A stretch of 64,000 bases of DNA, taken from the sequence record MK327931.1. One strand, written 5' to 3'. The notes below the pieces were generated by a model. That model ran no database searches, was not told the DNA's origin, and saw nothing but the letters and a program-made list of their open reading frames with translations. This document shows, one piece after another, positions 1-12,952 of the stretch (its first letter is position 1; every line of letters begins with the position of its first letter). The translations under genes and the position numbers were made by a program.

Positions 1-572
<572 letters not shown>

Positions 573-657
573 ATTACTTCTTTCTCCATATAAACTATGT
601 AAAACGTAAAATTGGGTAAATACTTTATAAAAATAACAATAAGATTGGAGATTAACA

Positions 658-2060
<1,403 letters not shown>

Positions 2061-2063
2061 AAT

Positions 2064-2094
2064 AAAAGGAGCAACATTTTGTTGCTCCTTTTTT
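2064..2094. terminator. Bidirectional intrinsic terminator
   Basis: AAAAGGAGCAAC-attt-GTTGCTCCTTTTTT between convergent genes. Confidence 0.85.
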
Positions 2095-2095
2095 A

Positions 2096-3696
<1,601 letters not shown>

Positions 3697-3710
3697 ATAT
3701 TATACCCATA

Positions 3711-3734
3711 AGAAAAGGGATTCATAGAATCCCT
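3711..3734 (-). terminator. Intrinsic terminator after nrdB
   Basis: AGGGATTC-tat-GAATCCCT-TTTCT on the minus strand. Confidence 0.7.
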
Positions 3735-3746
3735 GTTAGTTTGAAT

Positions 3747-4871
3747 TTATAGTTTGAATGGTGTGAATGTATCTACTTGGATATCATTCACAATACCACC
3801 AATGATATAAGAACTTATTTCAGTTTCTTGTGGTGCAACTTGTACTGAACCACCACTAACCCAATGCTCAGTCCAAGGTAGTGGGTTACTCTTAGATACG
3901 GTATATGGACATTTAATTCCTAGTGCAGTCATACGCTTAGAACCAATCCAACGAACATATTGTTTTAGGATTTCTGCATTCAGCCCAATGATTGAACCAT
4001 CTTTAAAGAGGAAGTCTGCCCAAGCTTCTTCTTGACGGATAGCAGACATAAACATTTCCAGTACTTCATCATAACACTCTTCTGCTATTTTTACCATATC
4101 TGGATCTTCTTTTTTCAGAAGACGTAGAATCATTTGGGTTGCTGCTAGGTGTAGGTTTTCATCACGACAGATTAGACGGATAATCTTAGCATTACCTTCC
4201 ATTAGATTGTTTTCAGCAAACGCCCAAGAACACGCAAAGCTTGCATAAAAACGAACACCTTCAAGAATGTTAATACTATTCAGACACAACCAAAGTTTTT
4301 TCTTTAGTTCGTACAAACTAATTTCAACTGTTTCACCATTGATTGTATGTGTCCCAACGCCCAATGCACGGTATAAAGTTCCTAATACATCAAGTTCATC
4401 GTAGTATTTGGAAACATCAGCCGCACAATCTGTGATTTCTGGAATGTCCAACATAGTATCAAATACTTCAGATGGATTAGGATAAATGTTACGAATAATG
4501 TGAGTGTATGATTTGCTATGAATCGCACCTTCAAAGAATGCCCATGTCTCTATAAAGTTCTCTAGTTCAGGTAGAGATGCATATGGAAGTAACATTAGGT
4601 TTGGACCACGACCTTGTACGGAATCAAGAAGAATTTGACGTTTCAAGTTAGAGGTAAAAATGTGCTTCTCGGAATCATTAAGGTTGGCAAAATCAATTTT
4701 ATCTTTAGATACGTCAACTTCACCAGGAGTCCAGAAGAAACTTTTCTGTTGCTCTGTTAGTTTTTCAAGTGTAGAGTATTTGTTACTTTCAAAGCGTTGG
4801 ATATCAACACTTTCATCAAAAAACATATTTTTTTCTAGGTGAGACTTCTCGTTAATTTTGAAAACTGACAT
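3747..4871 (-). CDS. nrdB: Class Ia ribonucleotide reductase beta subunit
   Basis: FFWTPGEVDVSKD, ILLDSVQGR, IHSKSYTH (radical Tyr), EGVRFYASF, RDENLH, VAPQETEISSY. Confidence 0.98.
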   Translation of the reverse strand: MSVFKINEKSHLEKNMFFDESVDIQRFESNKYSTLEKLTEQQKSFFWTPGEVDVSKDKIDFANLNDSEKHIFTSNLKRQILLDSVQGRGPNLMLLPYASLPELENFIETWAFFEGAIHSKSYTHIIRNIYPNPSEVFDTMLDIPEITDCAADVSKYYDELDVLGTLYRALGVGTHTINGETVEISLYELKKKLWLCLNSINILEGVRFYASFACSWAFAENNLMEGNAKIIRLICRDENLHLAATQMILRLLKKEDPDMVKIAEECYDEVLEMFMSAIRQEEAWADFLFKDGSIIGLNAEILKQYVRWIGSKRMTALGIKCPYTVSKSNPLPWTEHWVSGGSVQVAPQETEISSYIIGGIVNDIQVDTFTPFKL

Positions 4872-4901
4872 ATATATTCCTTTATATATTTTGAAATAAT
4901 A

Positions 4902-4919
4902 ATCCCGCCGAAGCGGGAT
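4902..4919 (-). other. cUUCGg-capped hairpin between nrdA and nrdB
   Basis: ATCCCGC-TTCG-GCGGGAT on the minus strand; weak U-tract. Confidence 0.7.
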
Positions 4920-4925
4920 CTTAAA

Positions 4926-7244
4926 TTAGATTTTACAACTATCACAATCACCTTCATCCAAATCAGGAAGTGATGGTAATACAAATTGTCCAGATTCTGG
5001 TTTGGCAGCTTCTTTCAGTACTTTTTCAACGTCTACTTCATCTGAACCATCATTTGTATTATGATAATAAAGATTTTTCAAACCAACTTTATATGCATAC
5101 ATAAGTTCAGTTAGAAGAGTTGACATTGGCAACTTACCATCAGGGAAGTGTATTGGGTTATAACTAGTATTAACACTGATACTTTGGTCAATGTATTTTT
5201 GTAGAACACCACAGATTTGTAGATAACCAATGTTATCTTTCTGATCCCATAGTAAATCATATTTGTTTTTCAACTTATTGATTTCTGGAACTACTTGTTT
5301 AAGAATACCATCCTTAGATAGTTTCTTCGTTACAAGAGAACGTGGCTTTTCAATACCGTTAGTACTGTTACTGATTTGTGCACTTGTTTCTGCTGGCATT
5401 AATGCCATTGTTGTTGCGTTACGAATACCATATTCTTTGATATCGGCACGTAAGGATTCCCAATCTTGTTTTAGTTCTTTAGTTACTAATTCATCAATGT
5501 CCGATTTATAAGTATCGATTGGAAGGATACCTTTGGCATATTTTAGATTATCAAATCCTTCACACTTACCTTTCTCTTTAGCAAGCTGTACAGAAGATTT
5601 AATTAGATAGTAAGACCATGCCTCGGCCCACTCGTTAACTGTTTCTAGTGCTGCTTCATTATAACGTAAACCACGTTTAGCAAGGAAGTATGCAAAGTTA
5701 ATAATACCAACACCTAGTGGACGATACATTTTTGTAGCACGGTCAGCATGAACTACTGGGTAGTCTTGATAGTCTAATAGAGAATCAAGAGCACGAACAG
5801 AAAGATCACATGCCGTTTCCATATCTTCTGGACGGTCAAAGTTACCCCAGTTGATTGCACTCAATGTACATAAACTAATCAAACCTTCCCCAGTATTAAT
5901 GTCATCAAATGGCACAGATGGTAGTGCGATTTCTTGACACAAGTTGGATTGTTCAATAGGTGCAATAGATTCAATAAATGTTGAATGAGTGTTTGCATGG
6001 TCAATATTTTGAATATAGATACGCCCAGTTTCAGCACGCTCAGTCATTAAAGTACTGAATACTTCAACAGCAGGTACGGATTTTTTACGGATGCTTTGGT
6101 CAGCTTCGTATTTTTTATATAACTTTTCAAATTCTTTTTGATCAGAGCAGAATGCTTCATATAGCCCAGGGACTTCATTAGGACTAAAGAATGTAATATT
6201 CTTTCCATCAACCAAACGTTGATACAAAGTTTTGTTTACTTGGAAACAATAGTCCAGTTGACGCACACGGTTAAACTCAGTACCTTTGTTATTTTTAAGG
6301 ACTACCAAGTTATCAAATTCCAAATGCCACAATGGGAAGTGAACAGTTGCTGCACCACCACGAACACCACCTTGTGAACAGCTTTTAACAGTCTTAGCAG
6401 TAGCTGCAATGAACGGAATCAGCCCAGTGTGTACTGCATCACCTGAACGAATCTCGGAGTCCAGAGCACGAATGCGGCCCATATTAATACCAAGACCAGC
6501 TTTACGTGAAATATAACGTAGAATAGCGTGGTTAGAGGAACCAATACTATCCAAGCTGTCACCAACGTTTAGTACTACACAAGAGCTAAACTGACGTGTA
6601 TTTGTACGTAGACCAGCCATAATAGGCGTAGGAAGACTAATGTCAAAGTTACTTACTGCATCATAAAACTTTTTAACATATGACATACGAACAGAACGAT
6701 CATACTCCATAAAGATGATTGCTGCAATAGTCATATATGCCATTTGTGGAGTTTCATAAATTTTCTTAGTAACGCGATTTTTGTAAAGGTATTTTCCTTC
6801 CCATTGACGCATTGCAACATAAGTAAATTTATCGTCACGTTTATGTTTGATATAACGTCCAAGCTCTTCTATTTCTTGAAGAGTATATTTCTCAAGAATT
6901 TCAGGATCATATATTTTGGTATCAACCATTTCTTGAAGATGAGCAGTATATTTAATTGGGTCATACTGCCCATATACTTGCTTACGAATACTATAGTTTA
7001 ATAGTCTTCCAGCAACATATTGGTAATTAGGTGTATCTTCTGAAATAAGTTCTGCTGCTGCTTTAATAAGAATATCATGAATAGTACTAGTTTCAATACC
7101 TTCATAAAACTGAAGCTGTGCTCGGATTTCAATTTCAGAAACTGAAATACCACTTAAACCTTCAGCAGCGAAAAATAAAATTTGATGGATCTTATCCAAT
7201 GATAACGGCTCTTTCATTCCATTACGCTTGGTTACGTTAATCAT
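4926..7244 (-). CDS. nrdA: Class Ia ribonucleotide reductase alpha subunit with ATP-cone
   Basis: VTKRNG ATP-cone, QFSSCV, SNLCQEI, NSTNGIE, LYYHNT, C-terminal CDSCKI. Confidence 0.98.
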   Translation of the reverse strand: MINVTKRNGMKEPLSLDKIHQILFFAAEGLSGISVSEIEIRAQLQFYEGIETSTIHDILIKAAAELISEDTPNYQYVAGRLLNYSIRKQVYGQYDPIKYTAHLQEMVDTKIYDPEILEKYTLQEIEELGRYIKHKRDDKFTYVAMRQWEGKYLYKNRVTKKIYETPQMAYMTIAAIIFMEYDRSVRMSYVKKFYDAVSNFDISLPTPIMAGLRTNTRQFSSCVVLNVGDSLDSIGSSNHAILRYISRKAGLGINMGRIRALDSEIRSGDAVHTGLIPFIAATAKTVKSCSQGGVRGGAATVHFPLWHLEFDNLVVLKNNKGTEFNRVRQLDYCFQVNKTLYQRLVDGKNITFFSPNEVPGLYEAFCSDQKEFEKLYKKYEADQSIRKKSVPAVEVFSTLMTERAETGRIYIQNIDHANTHSTFIESIAPIEQSNLCQEIALPSVPFDDINTGEGLISLCTLSAINWGNFDRPEDMETACDLSVRALDSLLDYQDYPVVHADRATKMYRPLGVGIINFAYFLAKRGLRYNEAALETVNEWAEAWSYYLIKSSVQLAKEKGKCEGFDNLKYAKGILPIDTYKSDIDELVTKELKQDWESLRADIKEYGIRNATTMALMPAETSAQISNSTNGIEKPRSLVTKKLSKDGILKQVVPEINKLKNKYDLLWDQKDNIGYLQICGVLQKYIDQSISVNTSYNPIHFPDGKLPMSTLLTELMYAYKVGLKNLYYHNTNDGSDEVDVEKVLKEAAKPESGQFVLPSLPDLDEGDCDSCKI

Positions 7245-7307
7245 GTGTCATCCTTGTTTTTTGATGTAAATTTCTTTTTTTAGTGGAAGAAAAAGGCGGG
7301 ACGCCTT

Positions 7308-7889
7308 TTAAGGTTTGTCCCACCCACGATATACAAATTCTATATGATATCCTGAATTTAAATAATCCGAGTTAACTATGTTAAATTGCATATTTCCAGT
7401 TGTAGAATCATATGCAGGATCTTCAAATGAGATAGAAATAATTGCGTCAGTTCTATTTGTATTATTTGACTGTGCAATCATCGTGTTTGTACCAGCAGCT
7501 ACAATTTGAATAGTTCCTGATTCCAAAACCGTTTCGGTATCATCATATGCAATATAATCGATGAATACTCTACTTTCACTTTCAAGAATAACTTCTATAC
7601 TTTCTTGATTTTGTGGAAGATCAACTTTAAACGGTCTGTTAATTATTTTTGATACCGTTCTCCACGGTGAAAATTCTGTAATTATTTCTACGTTTTCTTT
7701 ACCTGAATTTGGATCAGTAGTCCAAGTTCTACCTGCAACTAAGCTGGCGGGGTCAGATGATGATGGAAGGCCAATAAAAACACGACCCACATCAGTACTG
7801 AATCCTATCTGACCTTTTTCTAATGCATCAGGTAAGTCTCTCTGTTTACCAGTTCTTACTTGTTGTAAAGCAATTTGTTGTTGTGCCAT
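7308..7889 (-). CDS. Putative virion structural protein (Mtd/hyaluronidase-type N-terminal motif)
   Basis: QVRTG...LP.AL.KGQIGFSTDVGRVFIG resembles the fibre N-terminal motif R.GT...P..L..GE.G..TD...L.IG. Confidence 0.5.
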   Translation of the reverse strand: MAQQQIALQQVRTGKQRDLPDALEKGQIGFSTDVGRVFIGLPSSSDPASLVAGRTWTTDPNSGKENVEIITEFSPWRTVSKIINRPFKVDLPQNQESIEVILESESRVFIDYIAYDDTETVLESGTIQIVAAGTNTMIAQSNNTNRTDAIISISFEDPAYDSTTGNMQFNIVNSDYLNSGYHIEFVYRGWDKP

Positions 7890-7917
7890 AAAAACTATCT
7901 CCTATAGTATTATAGGA

Positions 7918-8490
7918 TTATTTAGCTTTTTCTTTAACTTCCGCAATACGCTCATTAATTAGTTGAGATACAACTGAGCTATCTACAGAAGATAAAATTT
8001 GTTCTGGTACTAAAGATTTTAAATGTTTAACATAGTTGGAAACACTTTTAAATTCTTTAGTCTGTAATGCTTCTTTGATAATGTCCAAATCTTCTTTAGA
8101 TGAAACAACACGCTCAATAACGACTTCATCTTCTTCCAATTCAGGAGCAAGTTCTTCTGCAATAATTTCAACTTCTTCAGAAACTTTAACTTGTTCTTCA
8201 CTATCAACAACATACTCTTGGATAACTTCTGGTGGTACATTGCGTGATACTTCATCAACACTAATATCTTGTGCAATTTGTTCTTTAATTTCTTCAACAG
8301 GTTTAGCACCACGTTGTTTATAATCTTTGATATTTAGAATTAGCTTATTTGATAAATCAAGTTTATCAATCTCTTCTTCACTAAGTTTAATTACTTCTTC
8401 TAAATCATAACCTTTACTTACTAGTGCACGAATTGTATATAGATCTTGTTTCATTTTTTTATGCTGCTCCATTTGATTCAATTTCTCCAC
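7918..8490 (-). CDS. Hypothetical acidic protein (probable start 8454)
   Basis: Long Glu/Val-rich ORF in the operon. Confidence 0.6.
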   Translation of the reverse strand: MEKLNQMEQHKKMKQDLYTIRALVSKGYDLEEVIKLSEEEIDKLDLSNKLILNIKDYKQRGAKPVEEIKEQIAQDISVDEVSRNVPPEVIQEYVVDSEEQVKVSEEVEIIAEELAPELEEDEVVIERVVSSKEDLDIIKEALQTKEFKSVSNYVKHLKSLVPEQILSSVDSSVVSQLINERIAEVKEKAK

Positions 8491-9178
8491 GTAAAATATA
8501 GTATTGTTCTACACGTTCAATCCACATATTGACTGCATCTTTGAAGTCTTGACCTTCTATGACAAACTCTTGATATTGTAGATTGTTAGGATCTTTTCTT
8601 ACACAGATGAAAATCACACCACGTTCTATATTAGTACCAAACATTTGATTATGGGCTAATGCATATGCTGCAATTTGCATACGATAATTTTCGATTTGTC
8701 CCCACTTCTTAACTTTACGGGAATTTTTATAATCCATAATGGTTGGGATTCCATCATGAACACCTACTAAATCAGTTGTTCCGGCCCATAAACCTTCATA
8801 GTACAATGGGACTTCCTGTCCCCATACTTCATTAATTCTAGGCCATGCTTCTTGCTGAATTTTGTCAGCCATTCTACGTGCAAGAACTCGAATTGGCATA
8901 CCGCCTTCATGGTCTGGCTTTCCTTCCAATCTAAATTCCAAGTTCTCATGCATAAAAGTACCAACTGTACATGCTTCTAATGTAATCTCATTAGCCTTTT
9001 CTTCACCAACAAATTCTCTCCATTTCTTTAAACCTTCGTCATTCGAGGTCGCACTTAGAATTGTTGTTACTGACGGCAGATTACCTGTTGGAGTTGAATA
9101 AAGGCGACCTTCTGGGCCGCCTTCAATTCTATTGTAACCAACATATGTATATCTGCTAACAATTGGTGGTGTGTACAT
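8459..9178 (-). CDS. PD-(D/E)XK exonuclease (lambda-exo/MGME1-like)
   Basis: PSVTTILS, GTFMHENLE, EVPLY, AGTTDLV, DYKNS, YRMQIAAYALA. Confidence 0.88.
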   Translation of the reverse strand: MYTPPIVSRYTYVGYNRIEGGPEGRLYSTPTGNLPSVTTILSATSNDEGLKKWREFVGEEKANEITLEACTVGTFMHENLEFRLEGKPDHEGGMPIRVLARRMADKIQQEAWPRINEVWGQEVPLYYEGLWAGTTDLVGVHDGIPTIMDYKNSRKVKKWGQIENYRMQIAAYALAHNQMFGTNIERGVIFICVRKDPNNLQYQEFVIEGQDFKDAVNMWIERVEQYYILRGEIESNGAA

Positions 9179-9191
9179 CCGTGTACTCCTA

Positions 9192-9219
9192 ATTATAGCA
9201 TTATATTTTAATTTGTCTC
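9192..9219 (-). promoter_or_regulatory. Phage middle-like promoter (GAGACA-N16-TATAAT)
   Basis: tgagacaaattaaaatataatgctataat upstream of the exonuclease. Confidence 0.75.
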
Positions 9220-9553
9220 AGTTTTTTTGTTTATTTGCTGTCACAGCAGCTTTTGTGGCCCAATCTTCAACTTGCTCTTCAGAATCTTGCTCGACTTCTT
9301 CTGAACCTTCTGCTGAATTTCCTGCAAAAGTTACAACATCAGAATTAGCATCCTGTACAAAAGGAAGGGAATTCAAAATGTCCATCATTACATTGTATGG
9401 AACATCGATGTTGGTTCTCTTTTTAATTTCAGAAATCAAAGATTGAACATTTACTTCTTCTCGACCCGTGGACACTAAAGACAACGCAATAGTAGTAATC
9501 ATATTGCGTATATCTTTACCAGGAGCCTCTTCAGTAAGATCACGAAATCTCAT
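9218..9553 (-). CDS. Hypothetical protein, candidate internal head protein
   Basis: 111 aa, acidic tail, LTE motif near the N-terminus. Confidence 0.6.
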   Translation of the reverse strand: MRFRDLTEEAPGKDIRNMITTIALSLVSTGREEVNVQSLISEIKKRTNIDVPYNVMMDILNSLPFVQDANSDVVTFAGNSAEGSEEVEQDSEEQVEDWATKAAVTANKQKN

Positions 9554-9569
9554 GTAGAATTGTCCTTAA

Positions 9570-10226
9570 TTATTTTTTAACGTATCCTAGAACACGTTTA
9601 ACTTTCTTTTCATTCTCAGAAAGCCATGTTTTCATTTCTTCTTTTGAACTAAAGTATTTAGTACCCACAGTTCCGCGAATACTTTCCATTTTTACACCAA
9701 CTTTACTTGGTTTAACAGATTCTTTCATTTCACGTTCAGTTGGTACTGGCTCAGAGATAATGTCTTCTTCAAAGTCTGCGTCTGCATCCATATCAAAAGT
9801 TGGGGTATCTGCTGCAATATCAATATCAACATCTTCACTTCCAATATCAGAAACATCTGGACCGTCAGTGATATCACCAGTTAGTTTAAGTGTTTCAGTA
9901 CTGATTTTGTCTTTTACATCCATTAAGGTAGTAACTGCATGTTGTAGTAGATGGCGAACATTATCACTAAAATTTTGTGCAGCATCTAGACCTTGCTCGG
10001 CTTTAATACGGTCAAGTAATGGGCCTAGTACGTCAACACCCATGTTGTTAATAACCTCAGATTGACGTTGGAGTTTATCCACAATCTCACCTTTTACTGA
10101 AAGAACAATTTCTGCTTTTTCAATATTAGATTCATTTAGTTGAATAAACTTCATAGCTTCTGCACGAGAAGCTGCTTCCATTAGTTTTTTATATTTTGAC
10201 ATTTGTATTTCCTTATAAAATATCAC
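9570..10226 (-). CDS. Hypothetical protein, candidate internal head protein (probable start 10202)
   Basis: Acidic; LME|A, LNE|S and MKE|S motifs. Confidence 0.6.
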   Translation of the reverse strand: MIFYKEIQMSKYKKLMEAASRAEAMKFIQLNESNIEKAEIVLSVKGEIVDKLQRQSEVINNMGVDVLGPLLDRIKAEQGLDAAQNFSDNVRHLLQHAVTTLMDVKDKISTETLKLTGDITDGPDVSDIGSEDVDIDIAADTPTFDMDADADFEEDIISEPVPTEREMKESVKPSKVGVKMESIRGTVGTKYFSSKEEMKTWLSENEKKVKRVLGYVKK

Positions 10227-10234
10227 TCATTTAT

Positions 10235-10906
10235 TTACTTTATATAACCTTCGCCTTTTAGAAAGTTTAATACACGCTCTTTTAATTTATACGCTTCAGC
10301 TTTCTTTTCTGCAATAATTATATCTAAATCTTTTGCTTCATCATACTTCGATTCATTAAGTACGCGTTGACGTTTCTGGGCTGCTTTCAATGCTTCACTA
10401 ATCACATTCGTGTATTGAAGACCCGAACTGATTATACCAAGTACTTTTGCATCTGTCAACATTCTTCCTTCATTAAGAAGATTAACTAATGTAAGTGCTG
10501 CTTCATACATCATAATATTATTCATGATAATTTGTGAACTATGATTACACTTAATGCTATAAACTTTAGTAGATTTAGTACCTTGTACTTTTTCTTCCAC
10601 TAAACTCCAATTAGTTTTTGGTTTAAGAGGTGCTTGTGATGGTCGTGGCGAAGGTACTGGTGAATTCCCTGATAAATGTTCATTATACGGAGAATTGTAT
10701 TGAACCATATGTGGATGTTGTGGTTCACCATAATCCATACCTGCTTCATTTAATGAAGTTAAAATAGAAGCCATAGCACCGATATCACCACCAGTTTTAT
10801 ATGGAACCCCCGATGCGTTATGTGTTTCACCAGCTTCAATGTCATTCAATCCACTTAACAAATCAGCCATCTGATTAACTGATTGTTGATCATATTCGTA
10901 ATTCAT
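10235..10906 (-). CDS. Hypothetical protein
   Basis: 223-aa ORF in the operon. Confidence 0.65.
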   Translation of the reverse strand: MNYEYDQQSVNQMADLLSGLNDIEAGETHNASGVPYKTGGDIGAMASILTSLNEAGMDYGEPQHPHMVQYNSPYNEHLSGNSPVPSPRPSQAPLKPKTNWSLVEEKVQGTKSTKVYSIKCNHSSQIIMNNIMMYEAALTLVNLLNEGRMLTDAKVLGIISSGLQYTNVISEALKAAQKRQRVLNESKYDEAKDLDIIIAEKKAEAYKLKERVLNFLKGEGYIK

Positions 10907-11121
10907 TTACTACTCCTAACTGTTTGGTAAGATTCAGTACCGTCATCATTTTCTATTTTATTTAGAACACCACGTGATACCATCTTATCAGCTAATTCCT
11001 GATAATATTCATTTACCTTTTCAACTGGAACAGTACCGCGTGCTTTTATCTTTTGTAATAGTTTATATTCTTCATTAGAAACCATTGTATTGTGACCATG
11101 CACATTTAGTACTGTTCTCAT
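10903..11121 (-). CDS. Hypothetical protein
   Basis: 72 aa, overlaps neighbours in a translationally coupled pattern. Confidence 0.6.
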   Translation of the reverse strand: MRTVLNVHGHNTMVSNEEYKLLQKIKARGTVPVEKVNEYYQELADKMVSRGVLNKIENDDGTESYQTVRSSK

Positions 11122-12119
11122 TAACGACCTCGCATACGATGACAGAAATCGATAATTTGGTCTACCATGTCATCATTATCAGATTGTGATGTGTTTGCCA
11201 TAACACTTTCATCACCATAGATATCATCTTCTTTTTCAATATCAGAAATTGCATGTATCATTTCGCCCATACCAGGTGCGTGATGTGACAATGGTGATGG
11301 TGTATCAGGATTACTATCAGGCTCTAAACTGGAATTAGCCATAAGTTCACTGTTAATTTCTTGTGGAGATTTTTCTTCACGAATTGGATTATTTTGATTA
11401 TCAATAGGATTAACATCACTCAAAGGAAAAACGTTCAACTCATTTGGCTTAGTCCCACTTTTAGTAATAACTAATGATTGCTCCGGTGTTTGTCCTGGGT
11501 CAACACCAACTACAGGTTCAACCGAATCTGTCCCGCTTTGTGTACCAGGAACACTAACTTTCATATTATTAGCATTTCTTTGCAACTCAGCTTGTTTCAT
11601 TTTAGCTTGAGTTTGTGGATTGACTTGTTGTTGACCCTGAGAAACATTCATTTTAGCAATTTGTTTTGCTTGCATTTGTGTGGCTTGATTTTGTAAATCT
11701 TCAAATACAATTGCTTTTAATTCTTGTGTGGTTAGTTTTGTTATATCTGAATATGTATAATTTTTATGATACTCTTCTGCTAATTGCTTTAGTGACATTG
11801 AATCAACAATACTATGAAGTTCAGTGCTTTCATTAATATGTTTGTTAACATTTTTAGTACTAAAATAATTATAACATTCACTCATCTGTGCTTTGTATTT
11901 TTGTAAAATTTGGAATATTTCACGATTGTCAGAATTATCAATCGCAGAATTTAAAGTGATAAAATCACCTGCATCCATATTATCAAGAATAACAGAAACA
12001 TCAACATTCAAATTATGTGCATCTGCGAACTTTTGAAGTTCAGTTGCTGTTTGGTTTATATCCATAATTTCTCCATATAAAATAAAAAGACCTCTGTCTT
12101 GCTTTATGATATTTATCAC
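11121..12119 (-). CDS. Hypothetical protein, Gln-rich middle region
   Basis: 332-aa ORF; INE|S motif. Confidence 0.65.
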   Translation of the reverse strand: MINIIKQDRGLFILYGEIMDINQTATELQKFADAHNLNVDVSVILDNMDAGDFITLNSAIDNSDNREIFQILQKYKAQMSECYNYFSTKNVNKHINESTELHSIVDSMSLKQLAEEYHKNYTYSDITKLTTQELKAIVFEDLQNQATQMQAKQIAKMNVSQGQQQVNPQTQAKMKQAELQRNANNMKVSVPGTQSGTDSVEPVVGVDPGQTPEQSLVITKSGTKPNELNVFPLSDVNPIDNQNNPIREEKSPQEINSELMANSSLEPDSNPDTPSPLSHHAPGMGEMIHAISDIEKEDDIYGDESVMANTSQSDNDDMVDQIIDFCHRMRGR

Positions 12120-12121
12120 AA

Positions 12122-12514
12122 TTAAGAAAAGGTCTGTTTGCTGATGCTAATGTTAATATCATCACCAGATGTGATAAATTTTGTTATTCGTTTTCCATTT
12201 AATTCGGTTGGTAGAACCAATGGTATACCATTCAAACGAAGTTCGACATCCATTGGTAATGCGAATTTGAATGTGCTTATGGTACATTTTCCCCAAGAAA
12301 TTGGCATGTTATAAAAAGATGAATTATTATCTTTATATAAATCGACTTCATTTTTAACAACGCTTACCATCATTGGATAGTCATATACCATAATAGCTTC
12401 CAACAACCTAGACAAGTTCATAGCACCAGTGAACTTAGAATCTATGATTGTTGGGGTTTTACCATCACCAATATCTACTACAGTGTGAATTGTGTAGAAT
12501 GTATATGGTTTCAT
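12122..12514 (-). CDS. Hypothetical protein
   Basis: 130-aa ORF in the operon. Confidence 0.6.
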   Translation of the reverse strand: MKPYTFYTIHTVVDIGDGKTPTIIDSKFTGAMNLSRLLEAIMVYDYPMMVSVVKNEVDLYKDNNSSFYNMPISWGKCTISTFKFALPMDVELRLNGIPLVLPTELNGKRITKFITSGDDINISISKQTFS

Positions 12515-12705
12515 TCTTTGTCCTTATCTTTTTTCTCTACGACTTTGTATCCAAAGAAGTTAGTAGGAGGCAATCTACGATGTAATGGATAATGTAAACC
12601 AGTACTGACTGATGCAATAGCACCTGCTGAAGTAGCTCCAGAAGATGCATTTTCTTTGATATTCTTTTTCTTCATATTAATTTCCTTTATTACGTTTTTC
12701 ATCAA
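12511..12705 (-). CDS. Small hypothetical protein
   Basis: KENASSGATSAGAIASV core; start uncertain. Confidence 0.55.
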   Translation of the reverse strand: MMKNVIKEINMKKKNIKENASSGATSAGAIASVSTGLHYPLHRRLPPTNFFGYKVVEKKDKDKE

Positions 12706-12949
12706 GTGCTATATTCTCTAACCCTTTTTGAAACTTTTTATAATCTCGGTTTTTTATACTTAGAAATAAGCGTTTTTTTAAATCTTCAGCATCAGTTTGG
12801 TTAAACTCATCTTCAATGCTCTCCAATAAATGAATCACAGAGTTTATTGCGTGGTCGGCACGATTACTAAAACTCTGTAATGTATCTTTCTCTGGCGTAT
12901 AGTCAACTATACTATCAAGTAGATTCTTTTTATTGGATTTACTAGACAT
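12677..12949 (-). CDS. Hypothetical protein
   Basis: 90 aa, directly downstream of the helicase. Confidence 0.6.
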   Translation of the reverse strand: MSSKSNKKNLLDSIVDYTPEKDTLQSFSNRADHAINSVIHLLESIEDEFNQTDAEDLKKRLFLSIKNRDYKKFQKGLENIALDEKRNKGN

Positions 12950-12952
12950 TTA

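Noticed and set aside
3747-7244. Introns or inteins in nrdA/nrdB (also checked pol, terL, helicase, uvsX)
   Set aside because: All are continuous ORFs of normal length with motifs at expected spacing.
8459-9178. Possible Cas4
   Set aside because: PD-(D/E)XK core is present, but the four Fe-S cysteines are missing and there is no CRISPR array in the window.
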